Source: Macrostomum lignano (lineage: Eukaryota). Taken from it: a DNA stretch of 64,000 bases. Position 1 is the first letter of the stretch. Each line of letters begins with the position of its first letter. A program made the position numbers and the translations under genes. Of this stretch, positions 30,382 to 42,386 are shown one piece after another. The stretch is taken from contig NIVC01000364.1 in NCBI GenBank assembly GCA_002269645.1, forward strand, positions 248,001 to 312,000, read 5' to 3'. The notes beneath the pieces were generated by a model. It was not told where the DNA came from, did no database searches, and worked only from the letters and a program-made list of their open reading frames with translations.

Positions 30382-31921
30382 TCAGTTACGATCGGTGGCA
30401 ATCGCGCACACGGCGCACAGCTGCAGAAACTCGTCGGCGCCATCAGTCAGGGCCCGGTCGGCCAGGCCGATCTGCTCCAACACCCGCGGCCTCACCTGGT
30501 CAGTCAGCAGGTGGTCGTGCAGCTGGTTGAGCACCTGCTCGCCTGAGTAGCCGTCTAGCAGCAGGTTGCGCACCGCCTCGGTGACTGCGTCAGTTCGGCG
30601 CTGGTCAAGGGCGCCAGTCAGGACGGCGAAACGATCGGGCGGCACCGCGCCGGACATTTCGTGCACCAGGCCGACGGTGAGCTGCTGGCCCGGGCCGGCG
30701 TACCTGCCAAGGCGGGTTGGATGAGAAAATGCACGGTTTCGATTCGAATCGGGGGGGGGAGCTGAGGTGGCGCCCACTGAAGAATCGGGGGGAGCTGAGA
30801 TGGCGCCCACTGAAGAATCGGGGGGGGAGCTGAGATGGCGCCCACTGAAGAATCGGGGGGGGGGAGCTGAGATGGCGCCCACTGAAGAATCGGGGGGATC
30901 TGAGGCGGCGCACACTGAAGAATCGGGGGGGAGCTGAGATGGCGCCCACTGAAGAATCGGGGGGGGGAGCTGAGATGGCGCCCACTGAAGAATCGGGGGG
31001 GGGAGCTGAGATGGCGCCCACTGAAGAATCGGGGGGGGGGAGCTGAGATGGCGCCCACTGAAGAATCGGGGGGATCTGAGGCGGCGCACACTGAAGAATC
31101 GGGGGGGGAGCTGAGATGGCGCCCACTGAAGAATCGGGGGGATCTGAGGCGGCGCACACTGAAGAATCGGGGGGGGGGAGCTGAGATGGCGCCCACTGAA
31201 GAATCTGGAGCTGAGGTGGCGCCCACTGAAGAATCGGGGATATCTGAGGCGGCGCACACTGGCCAAACGCACAAACAGTATAACAACCAGGGCCCAGCCT
31301 TACCTGGCAGCGCTGTGCAAATAAGTGAGCGCCTTGCGCAGGTCGCCGCCGCTGGCGTCAACCAAAGCCCTCAGAAACTCGTCGGTGGCGGTCAGCCGTT
31401 CGGCGGAGCAAATCTCGCCGACTCGTTTGAGCAGAGCAGCCTGCGGCAGCGGTTTAAATCTGAACTTGGCGCACCGGCTGCTAATGGGCGGGATGATTCT
31501 GGACACATAGTTGCAGATCAGGCAGAACCGGGTGGTCTTGGCGCACACTTCCATTGTGCGGCGGAGGGCTGACTGTGCCGCCGTGGTCATGTTGTCGGCC
31601 TCGTCTAGGATGATCAGCTTCAGCGGCGGGCACGCTTTGCCGCTGGGTGGGATAAGAGGGTTGGAGATACGCCGCGTAGGATACTACTTACTGTGCAGTT
31701 ATGAGTAGCATTTTATGAGTTTTTTAGGCGAAAAGAAAAATTGATAAAAGTCGACTCACTCCGGTCGTTTAGCGTTGGCGGTCAGCTGGGCGAAAGTTTT
31801 CACTTTGTCGCGAATGACGCCGATGCCGCGCTCGTCGGAGGCGTTCAGCTCCAATAGGCGATCGCGGAGCAGGTCCGGGCCGAACAGGTCTCTGGGGTAT
31901 GGGTAGATGGATAGATAGATG

Positions 31922-31979
<58 letters not shown>

Positions 31980-32022
31980 TGGATAGATAGATAGATAGAT
32001 AGATAAAAAGATAGATAGATAA

Positions 32023-32067
<45 letters not shown>

Positions 32068-32078
32068 GAGATAAAAAC

Positions 32079-32112
<34 letters not shown>

Positions 32113-32140
32113 TGATAGATAGATAGATAGATAGATAGAT

Positions 32141-32192
<52 letters not shown>

Positions 32193-32208
32193 AAAGATAG
32201 ATAGATAA

Positions 32209-32276
<68 letters not shown>

Positions 32277-32292
32277 AAAGATAGATAGATAA

Positions 32293-32325
<33 letters not shown>

Positions 32326-32536
32326 GAGATAAAAACATAGATAGATAGATAGATAGATAGATAAAAAGATAGACAGATAAATAGATAGATAGATAAATAC
32401 ATAGATAGACAGACACACAGACAGACAGACAGACAGACACACAGACACACAGACAGACACACAGACAGACACACAGACACACAGACACACAGACAGACAG
32501 ACAGACAGACACACAGACAGACAGACAGACAGACAC

Positions 32537-32567
<31 letters not shown>

Positions 32568-33008
32568 CACAGACAGACACACAGACAGACACACAGACAC
32601 ACAGACAGACAGACAGACAGACACACAGACAGACAGACAGACAGACACACAGACAGACACAGACAGACAGACACACAGACAGACAGACAGACAGACACAC
32701 AGACAGACAGACACACAGACACACAGACAGACAGACAGACAGACACACAGACAGCAGTCCCACCTGGCCAGGGCCAGGGCGGCGGAGGTCTTGCCGGTGC
32801 CGGGGCTGCCGTAGAACAGCAGGTTTGGCAGGTCGGCTCCCTCGGCCGCGCACTTCTTCAGCACCGCCACCGCCTCCTCCTGGTGCGACACCTCGTCCAG
32901 AGTGGCTGGCCGGTACTTCTCCACCCAGGGCGTCGGACGTTTGGTCGACGACGCCGAGCGAGGCTTTGCGTCCGATTTGGAGGCGGCGAAGTTGAGCAGA
33001 AAGTTCTC
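30382..33008 (-). CDS. RFC4: Replication factor C subunit 4 (RFC 37 kDa); exons 33008-32764, 31891-31760, 31642-31304, 30703-30382; initiator ATG not present in these exons
   Basis: [23 protein letters not shown] (Walker A), [67 protein letters not shown]. All three introns GT-AG and phase-consistent. Confidence 0.95.
30750..31258. repeat. Minisatellite filling RFC4 intron 3, ~32-bp unit GAGCTGAGATGGCGCCCACTGAAGAATCGGGGG
   Basis: Visible array between donor 31303 and acceptor 30704. Confidence 0.95.
31903..32755. repeat. Compound (GATA)n/(GACA)n microsatellite filling RFC4 intron 1
   Basis: Visible; occupies nearly the whole intron 31892-32763. Confidence 0.98.
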
Positions 33009-33061
33009 CTGCAACCGAATAGTTTGCGAAAGGATCCAGAGTATTAGAAACAACTAAGAAA

Positions 33062-33742
33062 CTATTAGACAGAAACTATTAGACAGGCAATGGACTAGCA
33101 GATCCCATCTATTAGACAGGCAATGGACTACCAGACCACATCTATTAGACAGGCAATGGACTAACAGACCCCATCTATTAGACAGGAAATAGACTACAAG
33201 ACCCCATCTATTAGACAGGCAATGGACTAACAGACCCCATCTATTAGACAGGCAATGGACTAACAGACCCCATCTATTAGACAGGCAATGGACTAACAGA
33301 CCCCATCTATTAGACAGGAAATAGACTACAAGACCCCATCTATTAGACAGGCAATGAACTAACAGACCCCATCTATTAGACAGGCAATAGACTAACAGAC
33401 CCCATCTATTAGACAGGCAATGGACTAACAGACCCCATCTATTAGACAGGCAATGGACTAACAGACCCCATCTATTAGACAGGAAATAGACTACAAGACC
33501 CCATCTATTAGACAGGCAATGGACTAACAGACCCCATCTATTAGACAGGCAATAGACTAACAGACCCCATCTATTAGACAGGCAATGGACTAACAGACCC
33601 CATCTATTAGACAGGCAATGGACTAACAGACCCCATCTATTAGACAGGAAATAGACTACAAGACCCCATCTATTAGACAGGCAATGGACTAACAGACCCC
33701 ATCTATTAGACAGGCAATGGACTAGCAGACCCTATCTACTGG
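33062..33742. repeat. Minisatellite, 33-bp unit TATTAGACAGGCAATGGACTAACAGACCCCATC, between CNDP2 and RFC4
   Basis: About 20 visible units. Confidence 0.96.
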
Positions 33743-34512
33743 ACTAGAAAATCATGACATATCTATTCGTGTAAAAATAATTTAATATCGAAGTCGCACA
33801 GCATAATATATATAAATATTGAATAGAATTAGTGACTTCGAATATAGCAATTGGGTGCCTCCAAAATTATTGGCATAACAGGAATTTTTGAATCAGTTAA
33901 ATACGGTTTAATGATGTCACGAATTTTCTAATTTCAAATCAATAAACGAATTTCAGAAAAAATGAAACTTTTAGAAGAGCTAACTAAACTAATAGAGTGG
34001 GAGCTATTTAGTGGCGAATAATGTAAGGGGCGCTGATTGTGAAAATGATAAAAGTAAAAAGACAAATCGAACAAGGACGCGAATTTAGCAAGATTTAATT
34101 TAAAAATTACCGGAATTGTCAACAAAAGAAAGATTTTCTGATTTTTACAGATGATTAAAATACAAGCTTATTCACGGGTCAAAATTGATTTCTTATAATA
34201 ATAATGACTATTTACGGCAATAGGAGTTTTACGAGAGTAAAAGAGGATTATAGTTCATTAAAACTGAATGGGAATCGAATGGGAACAAAAAATCAAATCG
34301 AAATTAAATGTCAAAAAGGGTCAAAGGTCACACAGGGTCAGGGGTCAAAGAAGATCAAAGGAAGACCAAACAAGCCCAAAGGTCAAACGTGGTCGAATTT
34401 CAAACAAGGTCAAAGGTCAAGCGAAGACCAAATGGCAAAATGGCGAAAAAATCAAACGAGACCAAAGGTCAAAGGTCAAACAAAGTCACTTTACGCTAGC
34501 TAGGCCAGCCAA

Positions 34513-37500
34513 TCAAATCTGGCCGACCTCGTGCAGGTAGGCGGCCATCAGCTTAGTACCCTGGATGTAATTCCTCTTGGACAGTTTCTCATTCTGGCTG
34601 TGAGCTCCGTCGTCAGCCTGGCCCATGGGCAGCAGCAGCACATTCTTGCCCGTGCTCTCCTGCAGGCTAAGCGTCACCGGGATGCTGCCGCCCTCCCTAG
34701 TCATGTCCGGCTCAACTCCGTACACAGTTTTCGTAGCCTTGGCGGCGGCCTGAAAGTGCGGATGCTGGAAATCGCTGAACCAGTGCCGGCCCCCATGCTG
34801 AGGAATGATACGGCACTGGTTGGGGCTGCCCCGCTCCCGGAACAGCCGTTCGCAATAGGCCACCACTTTGGCGTTGACCTCATCCGGCGTCTGGTTGGGC
34901 ACGATTCGAATGCTGAACTTGCCAATCACTCGGCGGGGTATCACCGTCTTGGCGCCTTCGCCGTAGAAAGCGCCCTCGATGCCGTGGACGCTGAGCGAGG
35001 GGAAACGCCAGCGGTGCTGCAGCGTCTTGGCCTGGAAATTGAAAGGCGTGGCGAATGAACTCTAAAGCGGCTTACTTATGGCGGGAGGCGGAGCCCACTG
35101 AAGACTCTGAGGAGGTGGCGCCCACTGAAGGCTTGGAGGTGGCGCCCACCAAAGGCTTGGAGGTGGCGCCCACTGAAGACCCGGTGGGAAGAGATGACGA
35201 CTGGGTAGGCCAGTTGGGGGCTATAACTCGATGAAGACCCCCGACTTACCTTAGAAGCGTGCAGCAGGCCGTGCAGGCCATTGTCAGCCTTGAACTCATC
35301 AACACTGAAGTCCATCCTATCGTAGAGAGCCTCCTCCTCAGGAGTGAGAGGCGCCACATTCTCGTCGATGCTGTCGATAAGAATTTTTCCGTCCTTGTCG
35401 GCCAGCCGGCCCAGAAACCAGACCAGATCGTTCATAGCCTCGGGAACTGAGCCGCCGAACACGCCGCTGTGCAGATCCTTGGCTGCGCAGGACACTTCTA
35501 GAAAGAAATAGCAGATTCCGCGTAGGCCGTAGGTCAGGCACGGCTTGTCCTTGCCTAGCCAATAATTGTCGCTAATGCACACCAGGTCGACTCCGCTAAG
35601 GAAGCATTTGCGTTCTTTCACTAGCAGTTGGTCGAGGCCCTCCGAGCCGCTCTCTTCCATGGCTTCCAGACAGAACTTCAGGTTCACCGGCAGTTCAATG
35701 CCCTCCTGCGGGATCGAGACAATATTGTGACTTCAGGGAGGCCCTCTTGTGGGGCTTGTGTGTGATTTCTAGGTGCGGTTCTTGGCGAATGATTGAGGGG
35801 CGATTCTTGGTGGATGATTGAGGTGCGATTCTTGGCGAATGATTGAGGGGCGATTCTTAATGGATGATTGAGGTGCGATTCTTGGCGAATGATTGAGGGG
35901 CGATTCTTGGTGGATGATTGAGGTGCGATTCTTAATGGATGATTGAGGGGCGATTCTTAATGGATGATTGAGGGGCGATTCTTGGTGGATGATTGAGGTG
36001 CGATTCTTAATGGATGATTGAGGGGCGATTCTTAATGGATGATTGAGGGGCGATTCTTGGTGGATGATTGAGGTGCGATTCTTGGCGAATGATTGAGGGG
36101 CGATTCTTAATGGATGATTGAGGGGCGATTCTTGGTGGATGATTGAGGTGCGATTCTTGGCGAATGATTGAGGGGCGATTCTTAATGGATGATTGAGGGG
36201 CGATTCTTGGTGGATGATTGAGGTGCGATTCTTGGCGAATGATTGAGGGGCGATTCTTAATGGATGATTGAGGGGCGATTCTTGGTGGATGATTGAGGTG
36301 CGATTCTTGGCGAATGATTGAGGGGCGATTCTTAATGGATGATTGAGGGGCGATTCTTGGTGGATGATTGAGGTGCGATTCTTGGCGAATGATTGAGGGG
36401 CGATTCTTAATGGATGATTGAGGTGCGATTCTTGGCGAATGATTGAGGGGCGATTCTTAATGGATGATTGAGGGGCGATTCTTAATGGATGATTGAGGGG
36501 AGATTCTTAATGGATGATTGAGAGGGTGATTCTTGGTGGATGGTTGAGGGGGCGATTCTTAATGGATGATTGAGGGGCAATTCTTGGTGGATGATTGAGG
36601 GGCGATTCTTAATGGATGATTGAGGGGCGATTCTTGGCGAATGATTGAGGGGCGATTCTTAATGGATGATTGAGGGGGTGATTCTTAATGGATGGTTGAG
36701 GGGGCGATTCTTGGCGAATGATTGAGGGGCGATTCTTAATGGATGGTTGAGGGGGCGATTCTTAATGGATGGTTGAGGGGGCGATTCTTAATGGATAATT
36801 GAGGGGCGATTCTTAATGGATGATTGAGGGGCGATTCTTAATGGATGATTGAGGGGCTATTCTTAATGGATGCTTGAGGGGCGATTCTTAATGGATGATT
36901 GAGGGGGCGATTCTTGTTGGATGATTGAGGGGCGATTCTTAGGGGATGCTCAAGGGGGCACTTAGGCGATTATGAGTTGAAAGGCGATTTTCAGGTAACG
37001 CTTGAGGGCGATTCACAGAAGAATTGATCAATAGACGATTATACGAAAATACAAAATTTCCGACTTCACTCTCAACTCGGACAAAAGGGGGGGGCATTTT
37101 TAAATCGCTAACACTAAAAAGCGAACCTCTTTGTAAGCCTCGACGGCATTGAGCCAGCCCAGCACTGGCCCCTTGTCGTCGCTGGAGCCTCGGCCGTAGA
37201 GGTTCCCATTGCGCTCGGTGAGCTCGAACGGCTCAGTGTCCCAGCCGTCCTCTTTGGCAGCCGGTTGAACGTCCAGATGGCCGTAGATGAGCAACGTCTT
37301 CTTCTTGTCGCTGTTGGCGTTGCTGGGCAGATCCGCCAGTAGGCAGGGCGGCAGCTGCAGCTTGGTGCCGTCCGTTAGTTTCTAGAAATGGATACAAGTT
37401 GTAGAAAACTCAGATTTTGAACTCCTTTGTAGCTAATCAGATTATCTTAACTTTAACTTATCGATTCCACCAGTTTTACATTCCAAACTCCGGATTTCCC

Positions 37501-37881
37501 GATCCTAAACCCCAAATTTCCCGATCCTAAACCCCAAATTTCCCGATTCTTAACTCCGGATTCCCCAATTCCAAACTCTGGATTCCCCAATTCCAAACTC
37601 CGGATTCCCCAATTCCAAACACCGGATTCCCCAATTCCAAACACCGGGGGAACTTGAACCTTGCCGCTCACCTGTTCGCCCAAAGGCGCCAATCGAACGG
37701 AGGCGCCCAGCGACTTCAGCTCATCAGCGGCCCGTTCCACCATGCGAACAACTTCGCCGCGATGATCTGGCCAGGCGCTGACTGACCTGACAGCGACAGC
37801 GTCGCGCAGTCGGTCGATGTAGCGCGACTGGTTGGCGTCGATGCGGCTGAATATGCGCTGCAGGTCGGCGTTAGCTGACAT
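34513..37881 (-). CDS. CNDP2: Cytosolic non-specific dipeptidase (M20, CNDP2-like), ~479 aa; exons 37881-37672, 37381-37127, 35705-35250, 35031-34513
   Basis: [94 protein letters not shown]. All introns phase 0, GT-AG. Confidence 0.97.
35086..35180. repeat. Short tandem repeat GGAGGTGGCGCCCACTGAAG in CNDP2 intron 3
   Basis: About 4 units; the core is shared with the RFC4 intron 3 array. Confidence 0.8.
35772..36950. repeat. Minisatellite filling CNDP2 intron 2, 25-bp unit GCGATTCTT(AA/GG)TGGATGATTGAGGG
   Basis: Visible array with higher-order alternation of variants. Confidence 0.97.
37490..37650. repeat. Degenerate ~21-bp repeat CCGGATTCCCCAATTCCAAACT in CNDP2 intron 1
   Basis: Visible degenerate array. 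Confidence 0.8.
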
Positions 37882-37954
37882 TTTGATAACGGAATTGAAG
37901 CTGCAATGCAGTGTCGGGCTTCTATAGGATTCGCTCTTCATTAGTTTTTTTCAA

Positions 37955-38790
37955 AAGGTGTCTGGGAAATGCTGAGTAAGTTTGGGTTGTCTGGGAGAAT
38001 TCTTAGTAAGTTTGGGTGTCTGGGAGAATTCTTAGTAAGTTTGGAGTGTGTCTGGGAGAATTCTTAGTAAGTTTGTGGTGTCTGGGAGAATTCTTAGTAA
38101 GTTTGGGTTGTCTGGGAGAATTCTTAGTAAGTTTGGGTTGTCTGGGAGAATTCTTAGTAAGTTTGGAGTGTGTCTGGGAGAATTCTTAGTAAGTTTGGAG
38201 TGTGTCTGGGAGAATTCTTAGTAAGTTTGGAGTGTGTCTGGGAGAATTCTTAGTAAGTTTGGAGTGTGTCTGGGAGAATTCTTAGTAAGTTTGGAGTGTG
38301 TCTGGGAGAATTCTTAGTAAGTTTGGGTTGTCTGGGAGAATTCTTAGTAAGTTTGGGTTGTCTGGGAGAATTCTTAGTAAGTTTGGGTTGTCTGGGAGAA
38401 TTCTTAGTAAGTTTGGGTTGTCTGGGAGAATTCTTAGTAAGTTTGGAGTGTGTCTGGGAGAATTCTTAGTAAGTTTGGAGTGTGTCTGGGAGAATTCTTA
38501 GTAAGTTTGGAGTGTGTCTGGGAGAATTCTTAGTAAGTTTGGAGTGTGTCTGGGAGAATTCTTAGTAAGTTTGGAGTGTGTCTGGGAGAATTCTTAGTAA
38601 GTTTGGAGTGTGTCTGGGAGAATTCTTAGTAAGTTTGGAGTGTGTCTGGGAGAATTCTTAGTAAGTTTGGAGTGTGTCTGGGAGAATTCTTAGTAAGTTT
38701 GGGTTGTCTGGGAGAATTCTTAGTAAGTTTGGGGTGTCTGGGAGAATTTTTAGTAAGTTTGGAGTATGTCTGGGAGAATTCTTAGTAACT
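37955..38790. repeat. Minisatellite, 30-32-bp unit GTCTGGGAGAATTCTTAGTAAGTTTGG(AGTGT/GTT), in the CNDP2/cyclophilin divergent promoter region
   Basis: Visible array. Confidence 0.97.
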
Positions 38791-39511
38791 TTTGGTTGTT
38801 TTGTAATCCTGAGGTTACTTAGTAAGCCTGTGTTCGATGTGACGGATAGTGAGAGAAAAGAGAATTACGCCCTAATGATGCTTGGAGACTATTTTTTAGA
38901 CAATACTTCCTAATTGGTTTTCTTTAGATTCGCTTTTTGATAACCATGTCAGAGAAATTTACATTAGCAAAATTTAATAGAAAAAATACAGAACATCTAA
39001 GTGAAGTCAACATATTCCCCTTCGTTATGCGAAATTCAAAGTGAAAAAACGTAGAGAATTAACTGTTTAGAAAAAAAAACTAGGGACTGCGTTAAAAATA
39101 GTCTGACGTGGCTGACTGTTTGGACAAACGTCAGCACAACTAGGCTTAAGAGGGACTGAGGGAATAATCCAAGAGTCAATAGCTAGCCCAGGCTTGAATG
39201 AAGAAAACTGTCTGTAGTCACACAGGATAGGTAGGATTAGTTCTGACCTGAGCGGATTAAGACGCGAGCAATAGAAGCAAAACCAGCAACAGCTGGTAGG
39301 ATAGGCTGTTTTCTCGGACCCACGTGGCGAGTAACACAACAAGCCCCGATGAGCAGCAGCGATGATGTGGCAAGATTACAAGCTCTAGACCAAAATAGCA
39401 TAAATAGGACTGTACCACCGAGCCGAAAACATCCTACAACTCAAACACTCAAACGGTATATTGTCTCCGAGTGGAAAATACTAAGAATTCAATCAACATC
39501 CAGTCGATACC

Positions 39512-40216
39512 ATGCAGCAACTGACCGCGATCCTGCTACTTGTCCTGTACGCATCGGCCCCGGCTGCAGCAATGCGAGACAAGGAGGAGGAAGAGCCCAA
39601 GCCCACCTACAAGGTCACGGAGGAGGTCTGGTTCGAGGTCGAAATCAAAGATCTGGACGGACCGGGCGACGATTTTACTGGCAAGTTTACAATTGGCGTG
39701 TTCGGCGAGGACGCACCGGCCACTGCGATGAACTTTGTTGCCTTGGCTAAGGGTTGGCGATCGGCCAAGGGCGACGTGCTGCACTACAAGGGCACGCCTG
39801 TGCACCGGGTTGTGCCGGACTTTGTAGTCCAGATGGGCGACGTGACCCGCAAAGACGGCACCGGCGGCGCCAGCATCTTCGGCAAGTCGTTCAACGACGA
39901 GCCGTTCATCTTGTCGCATCGAAGCCCTGGCTGGGTTGCCATGGCGAATCACGGCCCGGACACCAACGGCTCCCAGTTCTACATCACCCTAACCAAGGCT
40001 CGCTGGCTAGACAAGCATCACGTAGTGTTCGGCAAAATCCTCCGCGGTTTTGACGTTGTCAACACCATCGGCGAGGTGCCAACCAATTCGAAGAATGCCC
40101 AACCGAAGCGCAAGATACGCATCATTGACTGCGGCGTTGTCAGCATCAAGAAGCCGTACGTGCTGAGCAAGGACGAACTTGACGCCACAACTGACATAAT
40201 GAGCCGAAGCGAATAA
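39512..40216 (+). CDS. PPIB: Secretory-pathway cyclophilin (PPIB/PPIC-like), intronless, 234 aa
   Basis: Signal peptide MQQLTAILLLVLYASAPAAA; VTEEVWFEV, IGVFGEDAP.TAMNF, YKGTPVHRVVPDFVVQMGD, DGTGGASIFG, GWVAMANHGPDTNGSQFYIT, WLDKHHVVFGK. Confidence 0.93.
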   Translation: MQQLTAILLLVLYASAPAAAMRDKEEEEPKPTYKVTEEVWFEVEIKDLDGPGDDFTGKFTIGVFGEDAPATAMNFVALAKGWRSAKGDVLHYKGTPVHRVVPDFVVQMGDVTRKDGTGGASIFGKSFNDEPFILSHRSPGWVAMANHGPDTNGSQFYITLTKARWLDKHHVVFGKILRGFDVVNTIGEVPTNSKNAQPKRKIRIIDCGVVSIKKPYVLSKDELDATTDIMSRSE

Positions 40217-41122
40217 CTATCTAACAAGCATTGCAGCAGACAAGCTGTCAATCTTAATAATCTTTTAATTGCATATCCAGTCATTAGCAACTCTCATACA
40301 ACGATACGTGCACACATCGCTAAACTCTGTTGCCTTAACCAACTAACAGTTAAATAAACCTAGCATAATAATAGTCAACAGCATCTTTGGACTACAAAAA
40401 TGACTTAAAGACAAAAGCAGGTTTCAATTCTAAGCATTATATTAAACTATAATAATGACAATAACAAAGAAAGCAAATTTCAGAACGGCATTAATGCATC
40501 ATTAAGGAGTGCGCCGCCTCCGAATACAGGCAAAATTGAATATTTATTGAATAAATGTAAGCAAAAACAGCAAATTCAAAGACTAATTAATAAATAAATA
40601 GTGATAGGAACATTATGAGGACTGAAATCTATAACAAAACCAGAGTATGTAAAGCTCTTTGACAAAGTTTCATATGGAACGCAGTGGTTCAGAAAACAAT
40701 ATGATTAAATTTTACTAATAATAGATAACCAAGCCAATTGCTTGGAATGAAAAGCTGAATAATGCACCTTTTGCAGCCTACTTAATCCTCATCGCATTGA
40801 ATAAGATGCCAATCAAGGACAAAAAGTTGAAGCCGATTATTAATGCCTCGGTCACCGCGTCTTTTTCGTCTATCATGGCACAAGTTGTGAGTTCAACTTC
40901 ATGTCTCTCTTTTTTTACATTGCTACTTATTTTTCATGATGCTCCCAGGATCAACTATGCTGCAAAAATGTATTGTAAACTTCTACACACCGAATATAAT
41001 CTATAACAATGTAGAGATGACGCACTGGTTTCGAGTGCAGCAACGACCTAGGCACGAGTGCGCGCGCGAGAGTGTCTATGGTCGTTGCTGCACTCGAAAG
41101 CAGTGCGTCGACATCATTGGCT

Positions 41123-41232
41123 AACGATTTTGTTTTTACCATAGAAGCGTGAGGCAACGTACCGTTTTGCGTGCGGCAATGCCCCATTGCGTTGCTGCAC
41201 GCTTCTATGGTAAAAACAAAAGCGAAATCGTT
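41123..41232. repeat. Perfect 24-bp inverted repeat (hairpin of ~110 bp)
   Basis: TTTTGTTTTTACCATAGAAGCGTG (41128-41151) pairs perfectly with CACGCTTCTATGGTAAAAACAAAA (41198-41221); extended by GCAACG/CGTTGC inside and AACGATT/AATCGTT outside. Confidence 0.9.
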
Positions 41233-42386
41233 TGACAATGTTTTCATAGGCATCTGAAAACACACTGCACAATTTATATAGTGTAATTATGAGAAAACCG
41301 GAGATTAAAACACGCTTGTTAATATTTGGCTAAAAGCAACAAATTAAAAATTCAGATGGTTAATTCAAAGCCAGTTCAACGTAAGCAGGTTACAATTATT
41401 GTAATGCATTGTTATTACGCTCGTAAATGGCAATAGCCTTACTGTAGCAGCTTGCCTTTTTAATCCACAGGTTTAGCCGGGCAAGAGCTGTGCTTGGTCA
41501 TGGCGAACAGTGCGATGGCGACGACTGTGTATAGTAAAAATTCCAGGTTAAAATTAAACATAAGAGTCTAATATTACTAATTTGATATAATTAGATCAGA
41601 GAGGACCCTGATTAGATTCCTAATTTTTGCTAAATATGACACAGCAAACGCAAGACGAAACAGGAATAAATATTACTCAAAAATATTATTATAATGCATT
41701 TGAAATTAAGTTAACAACTGTTAACAGATAGATTACAGGAACCGATAACAACAGACAGGTGACAAGTGATATAGGGTTACATTACCGAGATAGGAGGTTT
41801 TCATTTTGTCAGCACACAAATTGTTTTTGCTTTTGATAGAATGGAGACTCAATGTTCAGCTTTTGATATGATATGCCTTTCTTAATTATAGCTCTATTCA
41901 TTAAACTTTTCGTTTAGAAAAAATAGGATTCTATGATTATTTAACACCCTACGCACAGCTCCACTCATTGGTTTTATGAATCTATTTTATCATTCTTAGC
42001 TTAATGACTGGGTAACAAAATGGTGTAACTGATGATAAAATTGTACTGAAAAAAAAACTAAAACCTCCTATATCCGTAATTTATTCTTTCTCGGTAAAAC
42101 CAGCCTCTTAAAAATTTCCTAGAAACGTAGTTTCTCGTCCTTCGGCTTAATTAGTCCTTGACAGTAAATTGCTGACTGGCTAAGCTTTTCAATACAAAAA
42201 GCCTATTATTAAAAAGGCACACTGGACACACAGTTTTTAAAAAATGAAAGTTCCGACAAGCGATATGGAATAGTTTCAACTAATTTCTAAGATTGTTGGT
42301 TTTGAAATTCGCCCCCAAAAGAATTGGAAATCGAATGATTTTTTTTAGTAAGACAGCGTTCCATGCTGTTTGGCCAGCCGTTCAAC

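Noticed and set aside
42025-42060. Hammerhead ribozyme core CTGATGA...GAAA (similar at ~18455-18475, minus strand)
   Set aside because: No stem II or flanking stems can be formed.
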